Shown in pieces: positions 59,966 to 64,000 of a DNA stretch of 64,000 bases. Within the stretch, counting starts at the first letter, position 1; each line of letters opens with the position of its first letter. The DNA is taken from assembly GCA_017994055.1 (NCBI GenBank), contig JAGOLL010000002.1, forward strand, positions 394 through 64,393. Reading direction: 5' to 3'. The notes under the pieces were generated by a model that saw only the letters and a program-made list of their open reading frames with translations, searched no databases and was not told the DNA's origin. Made by a program: the position numbers and the translations under genes. Source of the DNA: Methanothrix sp. (GTDB lineage: Archaea; Halobacteriota; Methanosarcinia; Methanotrichales; Methanotrichaceae).

Positions 59966-61791
59966 GCGTAGACTCAACCCTTGAATGGCAGTCCACTTTA
60001 GGGGAAATCGAAAAACATGGGATTTTCGGCTTGAGATTGGAGGCTGCCGGGGAAGGCCCTTTGAGCCATGATACCAGGATCATGATTTCACTTCCCCATG
60101 CCATATTCATTGCAGATACAACTGAGCTGGGAAAGGAAATCGTCTCTGACTTAGGCCGGCTTCTGGAGCAGAAAGAGATCAAGAAGATCATTTATGATGC
60201 CAGGCCAGCCCTTGCTTTTTTAAGGGCCTCGGTGGATAGAAAGCTGGAAGTCTGCAATATCTTTGACCTGATGCTGGCATCCCAGATTTGCTGGTCGGGA
60301 TATCAATACCTGACCGCCTCCCATTCCCCAAAGAATGCTTGGAAGAAGAATAATCCCAATCATAGCCTGGCCTCACTGGCGGAGAGGCATTTGGGCATCA
60401 TTTTAAACGGAGAAGGCGGGGCCGGCAGCGCCGGAAAGGAAGCCGCGGCTCTATTGCCGCTGCATCAAATCCTGGCGGAGCTTATCGCCAGAAACGACTT
60501 GCAGAGGATTGCAGATCTGGAATTCAGGGCAATCTCCTCCCTGGCGGAGATGGAGGTGTCTGGGATTCGCATGAACTTGGATCAGGCCAGGAATATGGTC
60601 AGCCAGGATGAAAAAGAGATGGTAGATCTGGTCTGGACCATGCAGGATGAAGCCAGGATGAAGGGCTTTGTCACAGTCTCCCATGACGGCAAAAGGCTCT
60701 GCTACTACCTGAATCCGGATAAAAATGAGGATATCATGGCCTTTTTGAAGAGAAGGGGCTATCCCGTGAGCAGCACCAAGGCGGAGGTCATGAGGGGGCT
60801 TGCTGCGGCAGGCTGCGCCTTTGCCGAGGCTTTGCTGCGATATCGGCATGTTTCACACAGCCTGGCATTTCTCAATCACTGGCTGGAGAGGGTTGATGAA
60901 AGGGACGGCCGGATTCATCCTCAATACTTCCAGATAGCTTCCTCTACGGGCAGAATCAGCTCTAAAAATCCCAATGCTCAAGCCATTCCCCGCACAGGAG
61001 AGGATGCTCCAGCCATAAGGAGGCTCTTATCCCCAGCAGCGGGAAAGAGCTATGTCAAAGCCGATTTTTCTGCCATTGAGCTACGAATCATGGCCCGACT
61101 ATCCGGGGATAAAGCCATGCTTGAAGCCCTGCAAAAGGGCATTGACCTGCACCGTTTGACTGCCTCCCGGATCGGTGGCCTGCCCATAGAGCAGGTGACG
61201 GATTCAGAGAGGAAGTCAGCCAAGATCATGAACTTCCTGCTCATATACGGGGGATCGGCCAAGGCATTGCAGTGGCGGATACTCTCCGATTACGGTAGAT
61301 TCATCCCCTTGGCGGAAGCGGAGGAGGCCAAGGAGAAGTTCCTTCAGTGTTATGAAGGGGTGAGGGAATGGCAGGAGAGGCAGCTCTCGGAGATCAGCTT
61401 TACCGTAGTACATCATTTTCACAACTGCGTCCGAGGGTTTTTCGAGCTGCCGGTCACGGCCACCAGCACCATCCTTGGCCGAAGGCGGATCTGGCCCCGC
61501 TTTGGAACGGGAATCACAGCCTCCAAGTTCCAGATGTACAATACCCCCTGCCAGGGGACAGGAGCGGATCTGATCAAGCTGGTGATGGCGGAGGTCTATG
61601 ATAAGATCTCCTGCCAGGAGGCCAGAATTATCGGCTCCATCCATGACGAGATCCTCCTGGAGGTTCCTGAAGAGAGGGCGGAGGAGTATGCAGTCAAGCT
61701 GAAGGAGATAATGGAGCGGATTGGATCGGAGCTGCTCCATCCGGTGCCGGTGAAGGCGGAGATGAGGGTAATGAGCAGCCTGGCGGAATGA
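59944..61791 (+). CDS. Family A DNA polymerase (Klenow-like; degenerate 3'-5' exonuclease, no 5' nuclease)
   Basis: STGRISSKNPNAQ, motif A KADFSAIELR, motif B RKSAKIMNF..IYG, NTPCQGTGAD and motif C IHDEILLE. Confidence 0.9.
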   Translation: MASGSIISVDSTLEWQSTLGEIEKHGIFGLRLEAAGEGPLSHDTRIMISLPHAIFIADTTELGKEIVSDLGRLLEQKEIKKIIYDARPALAFLRASVDRKLEVCNIFDLMLASQICWSGYQYLTASHSPKNAWKKNNPNHSLASLAERHLGIILNGEGGAGSAGKEAAALLPLHQILAELIARNDLQRIADLEFRAISSLAEMEVSGIRMNLDQARNMVSQDEKEMVDLVWTMQDEARMKGFVTVSHDGKRLCYYLNPDKNEDIMAFLKRRGYPVSSTKAEVMRGLAAAGCAFAEALLRYRHVSHSLAFLNHWLERVDERDGRIHPQYFQIASSTGRISSKNPNAQAIPRTGEDAPAIRRLLSPAAGKSYVKADFSAIELRIMARLSGDKAMLEALQKGIDLHRLTASRIGGLPIEQVTDSERKSAKIMNFLLIYGGSAKALQWRILSDYGRFIPLAEAEEAKEKFLQCYEGVREWQERQLSEISFTVVHHFHNCVRGFFELPVTATSTILGRRRIWPRFGTGITASKFQMYNTPCQGTGADLIKLVMAEVYDKISCQEARIIGSIHDEILLEVPEERAEEYAVKLKEIMERIGSELLHPVPVKAEMRVMSSLAE

Positions 61792-61925
61792 AGAGATGAG
61801 CTATCCGCGGGATGTCGAGCAGCAGCGGCGATAAAGCCAAATATGAAGCGTGGGCAATGATGAAGAGAATGAAAAGGATCACTTTTCCCAGAGATTCGCT
61901 TGCATATTCAGCAGTTTACCTGCGG

Positions 61926-62162
61926 CTATTTTTTATAGAATAGTTCAATGTATTCATCATTGGTAAGGCCAGATCCGGCTATCAGTTTCTTGAGCAGGCC
62001 AATGCCGAGATCTTTGCCTTTGTGCACAGGTACGGAAAGATGGACATCGCTTCCATCCTTAACCAGGATATAGTGGCTCCCCTCTATATGATTGAGCCTA
62101 CAGCCTGCTTTTTTCAAGGCAGCTATATGCTTGTCCCCGCTGGCTCTAGAAAGCCTTTGCAT
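61926..62162 (-). CDS. hicA: HicA family toxin
   Basis: ALKKAG...EGSHYIL...VPVHKGKDLGIGLL; start at MQRLS. Confidence 0.85.
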   Translation of the reverse strand: MQRLSRASGDKHIAALKKAGCRLNHIEGSHYILVKDGSDVHLSVPVHKGKDLGIGLLKKLIAGSGLTNDEYIELFYKK

Positions 62163-62394
62163 AATTCTGCTCTGTGAGATCGATGGATATGTCGAGCTTA
62201 TCATCAAAGGATTGGATCTTCAGCCTCTCTCCGGCAACCTTGAGCCGGGATTTCAGGCAGCCAATGATGGCCTCGCTTATGTTATCCACGGTCTCTTCAA
62301 GGATCTCTCCCTCGGAGAGGCAGCCCGGCAGATCGGTGCATTCAGCCACGTATCTGCCCTCATCATCTCTTTCAATGGTGATATTGAATTTCAT
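62146..62394 (-). CDS. hicB: HicB family antitoxin (short form)
   Basis: YVAECTDLPGCLSEGE..EE...NISEAI. Confidence 0.88.
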   Translation of the reverse strand: MKFNITIERDDEGRYVAECTDLPGCLSEGEILEETVDNISEAIIGCLKSRLKVAGERLKIQSFDDKLDISIDLTEQNYAKAF

Positions 62395-62550
62395 CCCGAT
62401 TTAATTGCAGGCAATTGGATATTAAACTCGGCTTCACTTTCCTAATGATTTCGGCTCAGGAATCCTGACAGCGCTGACTGCATGGAGAGCATTGAGGCCC
62501 ACGTGGAATGGGCCAATTCCCTGGGATGGATGAATCTGGATGGTTCTGGC

Positions 62551-62736
62551 TGGCTGCTTTGGCCACGTCTTTTCAGACATGGAAATTAAAGTTTGCGAAT
62601 ATAATTTTCCCGCCTCTTGCAATAAGTTTCAATTGGGCCACGTCTTTTCAGACATGGAAATGGTGGCGGCAGATAGGATAAATACGCAGATATCTACAAG
62701 GTTTCAATTGGGCCACGTCTTTTCAGACATGGAAAT
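62551..62736 (-). CRISPR. Mini CRISPR array: three 36-bp repeats (one degenerate), two 39-bp spacers
   Basis: Repeat ATTTCCATGTCTGAAAAGACGTGGCCCAATTGAAAC (minus strand) at 62701-62736 and 62626-62661; partial copy 62561-62586; ends in ATTGAAAC. Confidence 0.92.
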
Positions 62737-62984
62737 AGCGGCAATCTTTCTAGCTCTACTGCTCTCGGAAAAAACCCGAGATACGAGCAGTCTGTTAACT
62801 ATACAACTACCTTAATAGCTTTTAATCATCTCTAAATGATAAATCGCTATGCTCTTGCTCTGCGAGAGCTTCATCTACTCTACACAGTATTTCTTCAAGT
62901 GCGTATGTCATCTCAGGAGTTATCGTAATACTGGGCTTGACTGCTCATCTACCTCCTGGATCCACCGGACCATTCATTTCGCCT
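62737..62984 (-). promoter_or_regulatory. CRISPR leader
   Basis: Non-coding, partly AT-rich segment between cas2 and the first intact repeat. Confidence 0.6.
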
Positions 62985-63281
62985 TCATTCTATAATAAAC
63001 TTCTCTTCTTTATCCTCCTGGTGCACTCCCAGAAACTCAATCCGCTCTTCCACGCTGCCTTCCGCCGGGCCGAGATCTATGATCATGATGCGATCCTCAT
63101 CCTCCCTGATCAGATCCATAAGGGCCGCCTTGAGCTCCACCCGGCCCTTTGGTGAAAGATCGCAACGAAAGACAGAATAATGGACCGGCTGGCCAAATCC
63201 TTTCATGGACTTATGAACCTGACAGAGCCTCTTTCTGTCCATGATATCATAGCTCACTATGTAGCATTTCAGTCCACTCAT
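62985..63281 (-). CDS. cas2: CRISPR-associated endonuclease Cas2
   Basis: YIVSYDI...GFGQPVHYSVFRC...EDRIMIIDLG. Confidence 0.93.
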   Translation of the reverse strand: MSGLKCYIVSYDIMDRKRLCQVHKSMKGFGQPVHYSVFRCDLSPKGRVELKAALMDLIREDEDRIMIIDLGPAEGSVEERIEFLGVHQEDKEEKFIIE

Positions 63282-63287
63282 GCCTTT

Positions 63288-63700
63288 TCACCTGATTTTA
63301 AATGCCGGGTACTCCTTGATCTCGCCGGAGAGAACCCTGGATAAAAGCCTAGATTGTATCTCCATCACCCTTCGATTGCTCACCTTATAACCGAATATCG
63401 GATGAATGATCTCCGTTTGCACCCGCCTCTCGTAACCAGCTACGACCTTTTTCTTGCCCGTAGGGGTTAGCGAAATGCCGATTCCAGTCTTTATGAAATC
63501 TCTCTCATTAAGCTCATCGTTATTAAAGAGCATCAGAGCCACTGAATCTGCTATCACCGGCCGGAACTCTTCCATCAGGTCCAGAGCCAGAGCCGGGCGG
63601 CCATAGCGTGGCTGGTGGTAAAAGCCGAGATAGGGATCAAAGCCCGCTGCAAGCGCCGTGGAGAACAGCTCTTTGCTCAAGCTGCAGGCGAGCATATTCT
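63288..63700 (-). pseudogene. cas1: 5'-truncated Cas1 (C-terminal part only)
   Basis: GFDPYLGFYH...GRPALALDLMEEFRPVIADS; sequence above ~63700 does not read as Cas1. Confidence 0.82.
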
Positions 63701-64000
63701 TATCTTCTATCCTAATGTCAGAGCAGAGGCTCCAAAACTGATAACATGGACAAACGGCGATATCTGCAGGCATTATGAAATATGCTTTGAGCTTAGGGAT
63801 ATGGATATAGTCAAGAAACAGAATCTCTTCCTGGAAGACTTGCAGTTAAAAAATACATGCCGTTACCAGAATATGGCATCTGGCTCTAATACTGCCGCAC
63901 CGGTTAAGCTGGCGGATTTAAGGCAAAAAGCGCCAGCCTCAGCATTTCCTTTCCAATTGAAGATGGAAGAACAAAATTGACATGAATTAGATCGAGTATC

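Noticed and set aside
62540-62815. ORF with repeated GHVFSDME
   Set aside because: Translation of the CRISPR repeats.

Overview
Archaeal chromosome segment, most consistent with a Methanothrix (Methanosaeta)-like methanogen. This rests on the methanogen-type SerRS, the rps15-DHH-pcc1-serS operon, SRP19, a NifB-like radical SAM protein, gatCAB and an archaeal class III RNR. Housekeeping blocks (katG, rnz, trpBA, xseAB, cbiMNQO, nrdD, gatCAB) alternate with accessory DNA. The main pattern is that accessory genes repeatedly sit between direct duplications of a neighbouring gene. (1) Four progressively decayed copies of a restriction-modification gene 3' end separate small membrane-peptide cassettes (0.7-2.6 kb). 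(2) A radical SAM/RRE RiPP-like module sits between two copies of a viral XkdF-like protease gene (5.9-8.6 kb). (3) Two AT-rich islands lie between intact and displaced 3' ends of serS and gatB (38.3-46.1 kb). No integrase is visible in the window. Features absent from or mis-started in the ORF track include a 41-aa His/Cys-rich Hpn-like peptide, a secreted Tyr/Trp-rich protein downstream of katG, two candidate sRNAs with C-rich loops and a CTG-initiated xseB. The window ends with a proofreading-deficient family A DNA polymerase, a hicBA pair, a 2-spacer CRISPR array, cas2 and a truncated cas1. All calls come from reading the sequence; no searches were run.
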